In this document: in pieces, positions 19,164 through 28,817 of the stretch
How the letters are laid out: each line of letters starts with the position of its first letter
Numbering within the stretch: position 1 is the first letter of the stretch
Origin: an uncultured Thermoplasmata archaeon
GTDB taxonomy: Archaea; Thermoplasmatota; Thermoplasmata; Halarchaeoplasmatales; Halarchaeoplasmataceae
Direction: 5' to 3'
Assembly (NCBI GenBank): GCA_964399335.1
Contig: CAYNQI010000001.1
Location: forward strand, 24,361-88,360
DNA: 64,000 nucleotides
Program-made: the position numbers and the translations under genes
The notes under the pieces: model-generated
What the model saw: the letters and a program-made list of their open reading frames with translations, nothing else
Database searches by the model: none
What the model was told of the DNA's origin: nothing

Positions 19164-20471
19164 ATGGCAAAAAAAGTAAAAAGCGAAAGCGGTAACATAT
19201 TTTGTTCTTATTGTGGAACCGCCGTAAAAGAAGATGACGATAACTGTCCTAGCTGCGGTGAAGAACTTGAAGAACGGTTGATCGAAGGGGTGTTATGTCC
19301 GTCCTGTGATAATCCCGTCGATCCTATGGAAAATGTTTGTCCAGAATGCGGTGCAGAATTATCAGATGTTACTTCCGAAGGAGATAGAGATGAGGAATTT
19401 CTCTCTAAGCTACTAGGTTGGGGTGATGAAACCGAAGGCAAGCTGGAAAAAAAGATCGAAGAAAAACGCAAGGCTATGGAGGTTTTCAAGAAGGTAGCTG
19501 ATGGCACAGGCGGTAAAGAAGAGAAAAAAAAGGTTGAAAAGAAAGACAAGGTAGAGACTGATATCTCATATGACCTTATGGTAAAGCCCTTTGAAGATGT
19601 AGTAAAGACTACCGAGGAAACACTAGCTGACATAAAGGATAACATGGTTGAATTAAAAAGTGAGATTGAAGACTGTGAAGATCCAGAAGATAAAGAAAAG
19701 CTTAAAAAAGAGATGGAGGAGCTTAAAAAGAAAAAAAGGCGTTTCCATAATATGATCGCTAGTATAGAACAGATGGACAATGCAGTGGAAACTTTACTAG
19801 AAAAACAGAGGAAGGAATTAGAAGAGAAGCAAGAAGAACTCAAAAACAGAGTTAAAGAGTTCAAGAAGGTAGTTAAAAGGAAGGATAAGGAAAGAGAAGA
19901 CATCAAGGAAAAGAAAGAGGCCCTTAAAGAAAAAGAAGAAGAACTCAAGGAAAGGGAGATGAAGCTCAGTATATGGGAAGAAGAACTAAAAAGAAAAGAA
20001 GCAAATTTATCTGCACAAGTTGAAGAATATAAGGAAGGGGAGGAAGCACTTGAAAAAATCGAAAAAGAGATGCCTAAAGAGGGAAAAGTTACCAAAGAAG
20101 AATGGTTAGAAGAGCAGAAAAAGATACAAAAAGAGCTCTTTGATCTAAAGGATATGTGGGGTGAAGATGACGAAACGATTGATATCTCAAATGATTCCGT
20201 ACCAAAAGTTAGAAAAAAGATAAAAAAGAAGGAAACTGAGTGGAAAAAGAAAATAGAAGAAATGGAAAAAGAGCTAGAAGAAGTTCGTAAAGAGAAGAAA
20301 GAGCTTGAAGCAAAAACCCTTGAGATGGATGTAAAGAAGGAAGAAATCGAAACTATACTATCTGTTTTAGATGATCTATTAGGTAACCTTCCTGAAGATC
20401 GTATCCGTGAGTTTGCAAAATCAAAGCATTTTGAACTTTATGAGAAAGTTCTAGACGCCTTTGAATTATAA
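19164..20471 (+). CDS. Double zinc-ribbon plus coiled-coil protein with a helical C-terminal domain
   Basis: Four CxxC pairs (CSYC, CPSC, CPSC, CPEC), long E/K heptads, C-terminal VLDDLLGNLPEDRIREFAKSKHFELYEKVL. Confidence 0.8.
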   Translation: MAKKVKSESGNIFCSYCGTAVKEDDDNCPSCGEELEERLIEGVLCPSCDNPVDPMENVCPECGAELSDVTSEGDRDEEFLSKLLGWGDETEGKLEKKIEEKRKAMEVFKKVADGTGGKEEKKKVEKKDKVETDISYDLMVKPFEDVVKTTEETLADIKDNMVELKSEIEDCEDPEDKEKLKKEMEELKKKKRRFHNMIASIEQMDNAVETLLEKQRKELEEKQEELKNRVKEFKKVVKRKDKEREDIKEKKEALKEKEEELKEREMKLSIWEEELKRKEANLSAQVEEYKEGEEALEKIEKEMPKEGKVTKEEWLEEQKKIQKELFDLKDMWGEDDETIDISNDSVPKVRKKIKKKETEWKKKIEEMEKELEEVRKEKKELEAKTLEMDVKKEEIETILSVLDDLLGNLPEDRIREFAKSKHFELYEKVLDAFEL

Positions 20472-20483
20472 GGAGTAATACAG

Positions 20484-23400
20484 ATGGGTTTAAGAGAAAG
20501 GGCAAAGAAGGCGCTCGAAGAAGAAGAAAAAACTTCTGAGGAGATCGAAAAGAAGGAAGAAGGAGTCGAAGAACTACAGAAGGATATCCAAGAGCTCGAG
20601 AATAAAAAATCTCAACTCATTGAAGAAATCGATAGATTAGATATCGAGAAAGAAGACCTTGAATCCAAAAAAGAGGAGTTCGAAAATGTCAAAGCTAAAA
20701 TTAAAGAGACTGTCAAAAAGAAGAAGGATTTGGAAGAAGGGATTGAAGAACTTGAACTAGAGTATGAGAAATTAAGGGAAAAACGAGAGGAATTGGAGAG
20801 GTTGACTGAAGAGTATGAAACTGTTCAGAAAGAGAAAGAAAGTTTAGAATCGGAGATCAAAGAACTGAGTGAAAAGAAAGAAAAGATAATAGATGAAAAG
20901 GATAGTATCGAAGAAACATACGGTGAACTTGAAAAAGAGATAGCTGATCTTAAAAAAAGAAAGGAGGAACTTTTAGAAGGGGAGGAGGAACTAGGTGAGT
21001 TATCAGAAAATGTGAAAGAACTGGAAGAAAAGAAAGAAGAGCTTCAAAAAGAAATCGAAGAACTTGAAAAAGAGAGGGGAGAGATTGCCAAATCCAAAGA
21101 TGAGCTAGAAAAAGAAGATGAAGAGCTCGAAGAAAAAAGGGAAGAGTTAAAGAAAAGAGAGCAAGAATTGAACAAAGAAAGAGATGAGTTAAAAGATTTA
21201 AAAAACGAGGTCGAGGAAGAAAAAGAAGTTGTTTTAGAAAAAAGGGAAGATCTCGAAGAAAGAAAAGAAGAATTGGAAGATAAAGAGGGATATTTAGAGG
21301 GAAAAGAAAAGGAATTACAGTCAAAAGAGGAAAAGTTAGAAAGAAAAGAAGAAGACGTTGAGGAAAAGATTTCTGAAATCGACGAAAGGGAGGAAGAGCT
21401 AAGAACATTGAAGAAGAGTATCGATGGGAAGAAGGGAGCACTCCAGAGGTCTAAAAATAAATTGGAGGAGGATAAGAAAGAGTTAGAGGAGAGAGAGAGA
21501 AAACTCCAGGAAAAAGAGAAGAAACTTAGAGAAGAACTAAAACAAGAGTTATTCGAAGAAAAAAGGGAAGAATTGGAGGAACTAGAAGATTCTTTACAAG
21601 AGAAAAGGGAGGAGAAAGAAAAGTTAGAAACAGAAATCTCGGACTATGAGGAAAGATTAGAAGAGATAGAGGACAAAGAAAATAAGTTAGATGAAAAGGA
21701 GACTGGGATAAAAGAAAAAGAAGAAGAATTGAAAGAGCGGACCTCACTCTTGGATGAAAGAGAGTTGGCAATAGAAGAGAAAGAAGGGATGATCCAGGAA
21801 GCTGAAGAGAAACTAGAAGACATAGAAATTAAGGAGCAGGAGCTTGAAGAAGAGATAGAGAAACTAGAGGAGAAAGAAAATGTTTTAGATACTAAAGAAG
21901 AAAAACTTGATGAACTTGAAGAAAAATTGGATAAAAGAGAAAAGTCATTAAGTGAAAGAGAAGATGATACAGCTTCGAAGAGTGAGGAACTTGATGATAA
22001 GGAAGAAGAGCTATCTCAGAAAAATGAAGAACTCGAGGCTAAATCTAAGGAGATAGAAGAGAAGGAACAAGAGTTACAGAAAAGGGAAGAGGAGATAGAT
22101 CAAAGAAAAGTAGAGTTGGAGAAGCTTGAAGATGATATTAATGAAAGAAAAGAAGAGATTCAAACTTTAGAGAAGTCATTAGAAGAGAAAGAGGAAGAGT
22201 TGGAAAACGTCGAAAAAGAATTGGAAGAGAGACGGAAGAATATATCTGAATCTGAAAACAAGCTAGATTTAAGAGAAGAACAATTGATAGATTGGGAAGA
22301 AGAAGTAGAGGGAAGAGAAGAAGAGCTAGCAGACAAAAGTTCCGATTTAGAAGAAAAAGAAAATCAACTCGATCAAAGAAAAGATGAACTTGAAGAACTA
22401 AAAGAGGAGTTGGAGGAACGTGAAAAAAGGCTAGAAGACTTGGAAAGTAATTTAGACGATGTCCAAAAAGAACTTGTAGAGCGTGAAAATCAAATAAAGA
22501 CTCAAGAAGAAGAACTCGATGAACGAGAAGATAAGATCGAACAACGGGAGGCGGAACTAGAAGAACTTCAAACCGACCTCAAAGAGAAAGATGAGAAATT
22601 AAAGGCCAAGGAAAAAGAACTTCAAGAATGGGATAACAACTTAAATGAAAGAGAGCAGGGATTAGATACCAGGGAGGAAGCCATCAATGAAAGAGAAAAA
22701 GAGCAAGATGAAAGAGAAGATAATCTTGCTGAGAAAAAGGAAGAACTGGGTAAAAAAGAGAATCATCTAATAGAGTGGGAAAGTGAACTTGATACGAGGG
22801 AAAACAATCTTAACGAACGTAAATCCAGTCTTGATGATAGAGAAGAAGAATTGAAAGAGCTAAGCGAAGAACTTGATGAACGAAAAGAAAATATAGAGAA
22901 AAAAGAGACGGAACTAGAAGAAAGTGCTCAAGACCTAGATGAGAAAGAGAAAAAACTCGAAGAGATACAAGATTCTTTAGACCAAAAAGAAGAGGATTTG
23001 TCTAAAGAGAAAAAACAATTAAAGGAAGAAAGGGAAGGCCTTCACCAGTTAAGAGATGAATTGAATAGATGGGAGGACAAGTTAGACGAAAAACAGAAGA
23101 TTTTAGAAAATGATAGAGATGAGTTCGAAGAAAGGGTGAGTAATAAAGAGGAGGAATTAAGTGAACGTAGTTCATCACTAGACGAAAAAAGCAAGATATT
23201 GTCAGAAAAAGACGACCGTTTGACAAAGTTAGAAAAAGAACTATCCCAGAAAGAAGGTCGAGTTTCTAAAAAAGAGAAGAATTTAAACGAACTTAAAGAG
23301 GACCTTGAAGATAGAGAAGAAAAAATCCTTGAAAAAGAAAAAGGACTTGGCAGACTTCAAGAAGAACTAGAAGACTGGAGAGAAGATTTATCCAGTAAAG

Positions 23401-24521
23401 AACATAGACTTGAAAAAGAAAAAGAAGAAGTTAGTCAAAAAGTCAAGGATATACAGGATAAAGAAGCTCGCCTTTGTGAAAGAGAAGGTGTAGTTGAAGA
23501 AGAATTAGAGAAGATAGAAAAAGAGAGGGATGATCTATCCGAGATGTGGACCAATATCGGGGAGAAGCTTGAAGATGTTGAAAATAAAGAGGAAAGATTA
23601 GAAAAACAGCGTTCAGAGATTGCGGTACAAAAGAACGAGCTCAAACAGAAAGAGAAAAATCTAAACGAAAGGGAAAGTGACATAAAGACAAAGGAAAAAG
23701 AACTCGCTGAAAAAGAGGAGGACATAGAAGAAGAGATAGAAGAAGTAACAAGGGAGATGGAGAAGGCTCGTTCTTGGAGCCAAACAGCTTTAGACAAAGA
23801 AAAAGAACTCCAATCCTGGGAAAATGATCTTGAAGAATGGGAGGATAAGTTAGAAGAAAGAAGGAACAAGATCCAAGAAGAGAGAGAAGAAATAGAAGAG
23901 CTTCTAGAGGAACTACCAGAAAGAGTCGAGGATATTGAAAGGCGAGAGGAGGAGCTTCGAGGAAAAGAGAATCAATTAGAAGAAGAGAAAGGAAGAATTG
24001 AGTCTTTAAAAGAAGAACTCGAAGATAGAGAAAGGGATTTAGAAGAAGAAAAGAAGCACGTCCAGGATATAAAGGAAAGTGCTATGAACATGATGCAGTA
24101 TGCCAAATCCAAGAAAGCTAGGGAGGAGAAGAAACGAAGAGAAGAGATTCAACATGAGAGAGAAAAACTAGAAAGAGAGAGGAAAAAACTCGAAAAGGAA
24201 TTGGCCCAGAAAGAAAAGAACCTCGAAAAGAGAGAACAGATGCTTGATGATAAGAAAAATGATCTCATGGAAAGAGCCCAAGAGTTGGAAGAAAAGGAAA
24301 CAGAGCTTCAACAACAGCGGGATCAGATAAAGGAAGAAAAGAAAGAACTCACCGAAACTTGGAAAGAACTAGAAGGGGAGTCCAAAAAGATGGAAGAGCT
24401 GGAAGAGCGTGAGAAGAACATCGAAGAGCGTGAGAAAGAACTAGAAGATAAGAAAGAAAAATTAGAAAAGAAGAAAAAGAGGATAGACAAGATGAAAAAG
24501 CATCTTGATGATCTATTGTAA
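20484..24521 (+). CDS. Giant heptad-repeat coiled-coil protein (1345 aa), no globular domain recognised
   Basis: Long uninterrupted L-x-x-(R/K/W)-E-x-x heptads; AGGAG RBS right after the upstream stop; no Walker motif, TM helix or signal peptide. Confidence 0.85.
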   Translation: MGLRERAKKALEEEEKTSEEIEKKEEGVEELQKDIQELENKKSQLIEEIDRLDIEKEDLESKKEEFENVKAKIKETVKKKKDLEEGIEELELEYEKLREKREELERLTEEYETVQKEKESLESEIKELSEKKEKIIDEKDSIEETYGELEKEIADLKKRKEELLEGEEELGELSENVKELEEKKEELQKEIEELEKERGEIAKSKDELEKEDEELEEKREELKKREQELNKERDELKDLKNEVEEEKEVVLEKREDLEERKEELEDKEGYLEGKEKELQSKEEKLERKEEDVEEKISEIDEREEELRTLKKSIDGKKGALQRSKNKLEEDKKELEERERKLQEKEKKLREELKQELFEEKREELEELEDSLQEKREEKEKLETEISDYEERLEEIEDKENKLDEKETGIKEKEEELKERTSLLDERELAIEEKEGMIQEAEEKLEDIEIKEQELEEEIEKLEEKENVLDTKEEKLDELEEKLDKREKSLSEREDDTASKSEELDDKEEELSQKNEELEAKSKEIEEKEQELQKREEEIDQRKVELEKLEDDINERKEEIQTLEKSLEEKEEELENVEKELEERRKNISESENKLDLREEQLIDWEEEVEGREEELADKSSDLEEKENQLDQRKDELEELKEELEEREKRLEDLESNLDDVQKELVERENQIKTQEEELDEREDKIEQREAELEELQTDLKEKDEKLKAKEKELQEWDNNLNEREQGLDTREEAINEREKEQDEREDNLAEKKEELGKKENHLIEWESELDTRENNLNERKSSLDDREEELKELSEELDERKENIEKKETELEESAQDLDEKEKKLEEIQDSLDQKEEDLSKEKKQLKEEREGLHQLRDELNRWEDKLDEKQKILENDRDEFEERVSNKEEELSERSSSLDEKSKILSEKDDRLTKLEKELSQKEGRVSKKEKNLNELKEDLEDREEKILEKEKGLGRLQEELEDWREDLSSKEHRLEKEKEEVSQKVKDIQDKEARLCEREGVVEEELEKIEKERDDLSEMWTNIGEKLEDVENKEERLEKQRSEIAVQKNELKQKEKNLNERESDIKTKEKELAEKEEDIEEEIEEVTREMEKARSWSQTALDKEKELQSWENDLEEWEDKLEERRNKIQEEREEIEELLEELPERVEDIERREEELRGKENQLEEEKGRIESLKEELEDRERDLEEEKKHVQDIKESAMNMMQYAKSKKAREEKKRREEIQHEREKLERERKKLEKELAQKEKNLEKREQMLDDKKNDLMERAQELEEKETELQQQRDQIKEEKKELTETWKELEGESKKMEELEEREKNIEEREKELEDKKEKLEKKKKRIDKMKKHLDDLL

Positions 24522-24522
24522 A

Positions 24523-25512
24523 CTATTTTACCCGCTCTATCATATAATCTACTAGAGAAATCAGTATATTTTTGTGGTTACTTTCTTGTAAAGATTTTAT
24601 ACTATCCTTTGCACTGTTAGCATACTCCACTGCTAACTCTCTACAATATTCGATCGAGTCGTATTTGGTCAGCAGATCTATGGCTTCATCAACTTCTTCT
24701 TGAGTACTATCGTTTTCAAGTATCTCAACGAGACGGTTTCTGTCATCATCTTCTAAATTTTGAAGGGCATGTATCACCATCAACGTCCTTTTACCGGCTT
24801 TGATATCACTACCAACGGGTTTTCCGAGATCATTTTGATTACCCATCAAATCTAAATAGTCATCTTGAACCTGGAAAGCGATGCCCATTTTGCGGGCATA
24901 TTCCCCCAGCATTTCTACCTGTTCCTCGGATGCGTCTGCCACTATAGCCCCACACCTAGCAGCAGCCTGGAAGAGATAACTAGTCTTCTTTTCGATCATC
25001 TCTATGAACTCATCTTCGATGATATCGAAAGTTGTTTCAAATCTCATGTCCTCCTCCTGACCTTCTGCAACCTTCAATACCGCTTGAGATATCTCATATA
25101 GAACTTGTTTTATTTTCACAGGTTCTACATCCATCTCTGATATCAATCTAAAAGAAAGGGCGAAGAGTGCATCTCCGACATTGATAGCAGTGGGTAACCC
25201 TTCCTTTTTATGGAGTGTTTGTCTACCTCTTCTTAGATCGTCATCATCCATGATATCGTCGTGGATCAAAGTGAAATTATGGATCAATTCGATGGATAAA
25301 CCAGGTTTTATAGCGTCGTTCTCATCACCATCCAATGCGCCACAAGATACCATGGCTAAAAAGGGTCGTAGTTTTTTACCTCCAGCCTGTGGGTACCAAG
25401 CCATGTTTTTCCACATGAAATGATCTTTATTTTTGAATATCTTGACGATCTCTTCATCTACGATCTTTTTCCTTCTTTGGATCTCAGCCATGAGGTCTGT
25501 CATTATCTTCAC
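24523..25512 (-). CDS. idsA: Geranylgeranyl diphosphate synthase
   Basis: GGKKLRP, HNFTLIHDDIMD..LRRG, KTSYLF, FQVQDDYLD. Confidence 0.93.
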   Translation of the reverse strand: MKIMTDLMAEIQRRKKIVDEEIVKIFKNKDHFMWKNMAWYPQAGGKKLRPFLAMVSCGALDGDENDAIKPGLSIELIHNFTLIHDDIMDDDDLRRGRQTLHKKEGLPTAINVGDALFALSFRLISEMDVEPVKIKQVLYEISQAVLKVAEGQEEDMRFETTFDIIEDEFIEMIEKKTSYLFQAAARCGAIVADASEEQVEMLGEYARKMGIAFQVQDDYLDLMGNQNDLGKPVGSDIKAGKRTLMVIHALQNLEDDDRNRLVEILENDSTQEEVDEAIDLLTKYDSIEYCRELAVEYANSAKDSIKSLQESNHKNILISLVDYMIERVK

Positions 25513-25555
25513 ATCTAGGTGTAATAATTTGATATATTTAAGTAGAACGCTTGAT

Positions 25556-26599
25556 TTATTGGGATAACCAATCTCTTAAATCTTCAGTAACTATCACCCT
25601 TCTATCTTTTAGATCATCCACGGTAGAACATCCCTGAAGAAACATAGAAACTTTCAATCCGTGGATCACGTGTCGTAAATATTTTACGACCTCGTCTTTA
25701 CCTTCCCTTAAATAAGGTAAAACTCCCCCGGCTATACCAACAACTTCAGCACCCAATGATAAAGCTTTAGATACCTCTATTCCGTTTCTGATACCTCCAG
25801 TAGAGATTATAGGTATGTCTACGGCATTACTGCATTCAAAAGTAGTTACTGGTGTAGGTATACCCCAGTTCCACAACTCCTTCGCTATAGATCTTTTAAG
25901 TTCGTCACTTTCTCTAAAATATTCTACAGCAGAAAAGGATGTTCCTCCCATGCCTCCAACATCTATGGCTTCAACTCCAGTATTCTGGAGTTTTTCGGCG
26001 ACATCTGCGGATATGCCAGCACCGGTCTCTTTAGCTATTATTGGTACTTCATCAGATAATAGAGAGATGGCTTCCAAAACACCCTTCGAATTTGTATCTC
26101 CTTCTGGTTGAACGATTTCCTGGAGATAGTTTAAATGTACAGCTAGGTAGTCACCATCTATCATTTTTAAAGCTTCTAAAGCTTTGTCAACACCATATGC
26201 ATCATCTCCTCTCTGAGAGATCAATTGTGGCGCCCCTAAGTTACCGAACACTAAGGGAGGGTTATGTTCTTTAATAACTTCATAAGAACGTCTCAGACTC
26301 TTATCTTCCAAGGCTGCTCTTTGACTGCCAACCCCAAAAGGTATTCCAAGTTCTTCTGCTGCTTCTGCAAGGATACTATTGATATTTTCAGCACCACTGT
26401 AACCTCCAGTTATAGCTGAGATCATTAATGGCGCGGATAAACTTGATTTTAAAAATTCAACAGTAGTGTCGATCTCATGAAAATCAATCTCTGGTGTTGA
26501 ATTATGATAAAATTTTAACATGTTCCAATAATCTTTGCCTGCCTCCACATCCTCATCCAAACAAATATCCATATGATCTTCTTTTCTTGATTCTATCAT
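25556..26599 (-). CDS. fni: Type 2 isopentenyl-diphosphate delta-isomerase
   Basis: SRKEDH, SAITGG, GVGSQR, HLNYLQE, KETGAG, GGTSF, STGGIRNG. Confidence 0.97.
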   Translation of the reverse strand: MIESRKEDHMDICLDEDVEAGKDYWNMLKFYHNSTPEIDFHEIDTTVEFLKSSLSAPLMISAITGGYSGAENINSILAEAAEELGIPFGVGSQRAALEDKSLRRSYEVIKEHNPPLVFGNLGAPQLISQRGDDAYGVDKALEALKMIDGDYLAVHLNYLQEIVQPEGDTNSKGVLEAISLLSDEVPIIAKETGAGISADVAEKLQNTGVEAIDVGGMGGTSFSAVEYFRESDELKRSIAKELWNWGIPTPVTTFECSNAVDIPIISTGGIRNGIEVSKALSLGAEVVGIAGGVLPYLREGKDEVVKYLRHVIHGLKVSMFLQGCSTVDDLKDRRVIVTEDLRDWLSQ

Positions 26600-27348
26600 C
26601 TTTTCACCTCGGTTGAGACCGTATCTTTTCCATTTAGCATCCGTTTCAATCTATCTTTCTTACTACCGTTGATTACAAATGTCCGACAGTTTTCTGAAAT
26701 CTCTAGCATTTTTTCAACTTTTCTATTCATCCCGCCAGTCACATCTATAGATGTTTCAGTGGTTTTGATGTCCTTTTTTACCAATGGATACATCTCCTCT
26801 GTAAATTCGTAAACTAGCTCCCCTTTTTTGTATATACCATCAACATTAGAAACAAATATTGCCTTCTCTGCTTTTTCACAAAGACCCAGCATAAGATCGT
26901 CACCAGAACATATCGTAACCTTTCTTTTCTCGTCTAATGCAACATCACCGAATGTCACCGGAACGGTCCCTATGTCAATATATCGGTGAAAAATATCAGA
27001 ATTTAAATCCCTCAGTTTGCCATCCGTATATTTTGTAACAATACCACCTGGTATAGATACCGCTGGAAGACGCTCATCTATCATCATCTCTATTATTCGA
27101 TTGTTCAAAACTCTCATATGGTTCTGAACTTTTGAAGTGGCCTCAGCAACGTTCTTAGGATCCTTTGTGTTGAGTTCAAATTTCTCAGCCCCAGGATGGC
27201 CAAAACTACCCCCACCATGCACTACGATAAAGTCATTATCTGTTGAAGAAGCGATCTCATTAATCAGTCTCGTAGTTCTTCTTCTTTTAAAAGTATAAGG
27301 AACATTCTTGTCTGTGATTACACTGCCACCCAACTTAATCAATATCAA
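26596..27348 (-). CDS. ipk: Isopentenyl phosphate kinase
   Basis: IKLGGSVITDK, VHGGGSFGH, SGD, DVTGGM; directly upstream of fni. Confidence 0.93.
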   Translation of the reverse strand: MILIKLGGSVITDKNVPYTFKRRRTTRLINEIASSTDNDFIVVHGGGSFGHPGAEKFELNTKDPKNVAEATSKVQNHMRVLNNRIIEMMIDERLPAVSIPGGIVTKYTDGKLRDLNSDIFHRYIDIGTVPVTFGDVALDEKRKVTICSGDDLMLGLCEKAEKAIFVSNVDGIYKKGELVYEFTEEMYPLVKKDIKTTETSIDVTGGMNRKVEKMLEISENCRTFVINGSKKDRLKRMLNGKDTVSTEVKR

Positions 27349-27354
27349 GGTCTA

Positions 27355-27513
27355 TCATTCCTTCTTCCTACTGCAAATAGCGAATTCGTCCCCATCAAAA
27401 AATACTTCTCTATCTGGATTCTCCCTCTGGATATTATCTATCATATCCTCTATATCGGCGAGCGTGATAGATGAATCGTGACGATCTATCTTTTTATGGA
27501 TCTTTTTATCCAT
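27355..27513 (-). CDS. 52-aa micro-protein upstream of ipk (absent from ORF track)
   Basis: MDKKIHKKIDRHDSSITLADIEDMIDNIQRENPDREVFFDGDEFAICSRKKE; stop lies 6 bp before the ipk start. Confidence 0.7.
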   Translation of the reverse strand: MDKKIHKKIDRHDSSITLADIEDMIDNIQRENPDREVFFDGDEFAICSRKKE

Positions 27514-27731
27514 TAAGATTCCTCTAGCTTATTTTAGTAGGAGATTTAACTACTTATATTTTTTTGGTAAAGAAAAGAAAAAATTCAACATAGATATTTA
27601 GTGATAATGCAAATCGTCATACTGATCCTAGCTAGAATAAGTGATATTGATTTATTCAACGATACTTTTATATATGGTTAAAACTTTTCTAATAATGTCG
27701 GACAAACATATGACATATATGGTGTTAAGGT

Positions 27732-27869
27732 ATGACAGAAAAAGAAAGTATATGGGATGCAGTCGAGAAATACAAATACGCATTTATGTATTACGTATAT
27801 TTCGCAACATGTTTGATAGTCGCACTTTGGCTAGCCAAACCTATGGAGATTCTAGCTTCTCTAATCTAG
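27732..27869 (+). CDS. 45-aa single-TM micro-protein (absent from ORF track)
   Basis: MTEKESIWDAVEKYKYAFMYYVYFATCLIVALWLAKPMEILASLI; AAGGT directly before ATG. Confidence 0.6.
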   Translation: MTEKESIWDAVEKYKYAFMYYVYFATCLIVALWLAKPMEILASLI

Positions 27870-28817
27870 GAGTGACCTAACGGTTAATGCGATCGATTCA
27901 GCACTGGTATATTCCGGAGACCAGCCTAAATTTTTTAGCTTTTCAATAGATAGACGCATAACTTTTACATCACCTTTCCATCCTCTACCACCATCAACTC
28001 CCCCAGTCCAGTTGTATTCTACATCTTCAAGGTTCATTTCATCACAGACTATATCTGCAATTTCTTTAACGTTGATGTAATCCTCGGAGCCTATGTTATA
28101 ATACTCAACTCTGTCCTCAGCATAACGGGTTCCGTATACCATACCATTTATGCAGTCGGATATGTAAAAATAAGATTTAGTGGTGCCAGGGGGGCTACCT
28201 AAGATTTCAAGAGTTTCTGGATCATCTTTCAGTTTATGTACAAAATCATAAGTCACACCATGGGTGCTTCTCGGACCGACTACATTGGCGAATCTGAAAC
28301 AAACAGCCTTCATATCAAACGTATGACAATAAGCCGAGATCATAGCCTCGCAGGAAAGTTTTGAAGATGCGTAAAGGGAAATTGGTTTCAAAGGCCCCAG
28401 ATCTTCAGGTGTTGGAATTACATCCGTTTCACCGTATACTGTAGAGGTTGAGGTGAATACGATTTCGTCAACATCATTCTGTTTCATAGATTCCAAGATG
28501 TTGTATGTGGCTATCACGTTTTGTTCTAAATGGACATGAGTGTCATCGGCTCCAGCTCTAACATCTGGATTGGCTGCAAGATGGAAAACCATATCACATC
28601 TTTCCATCTCCTTATCTAGTCTGTTCTTGTCCAAAACATCAGCGACTATAAGTTCGAAATTATCATTTTCTTTTAGATGAGAAACCAATTCCTCTTTTCC
28701 TGAAGATAGATTATCGTATCCGACTACATGATTTTCCTCGATCAACTTATCACTTAGATGGCTACCTATAAAACCAGCTGCTCCAGTCAATAGTATTTTT
28801 CTATTCTTCAATTTCAT
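27861..28817 (-). CDS. NAD-dependent epimerase/dehydratase (UDP-glucose 4-epimerase-like)
   Basis: TGAAGFIGSHL, HLAANPDV, STSTVYG, YASSK (YxxxK), GWKGDV. Confidence 0.92.
   Translation of the reverse strand: MKLKNRKILLTGAAGFIGSHLSDKLIEENHVVGYDNLSSGKEELVSHLKENDNFELIVADVLDKNRLDKEMERCDMVFHLAANPDVRAGADDTHVHLEQNVIATYNILESMKQNDVDEIVFTSTSTVYGETDVIPTPEDLGPLKPISLYASSKLSCEAMISAYCHTFDMKAVCFRFANVVGPRSTHGVTYDFVHKLKDDPETLEILGSPPGTTKSYFYISDCINGMVYGTRYAEDRVEYYNIGSEDYINVKEIADIVCDEMNLEDVEYNWTGGVDGGRGWKGDVKVMRLSIEKLKNLGWSPEYTSAESIALTVRSLLD

Noticed and set aside
19208-20095. Long antisense ORFs over the coiled-coil and TPR genes (also 20950-23869 and 61060-61653)
   Set aside because: S/F/L-rich shadows of GAA/AAA-rich sense strands
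20484-24521. SMC/Rad50 chromosome segregation ATPase
   Set aside because: No Walker A/B, signature motif, hinge or zinc hook
27641-27880. Track ORFs 27641-27880 and 33991-34221
   Set aside because: Implausible composition; shorter ORFs in other frames give coherent membrane peptides
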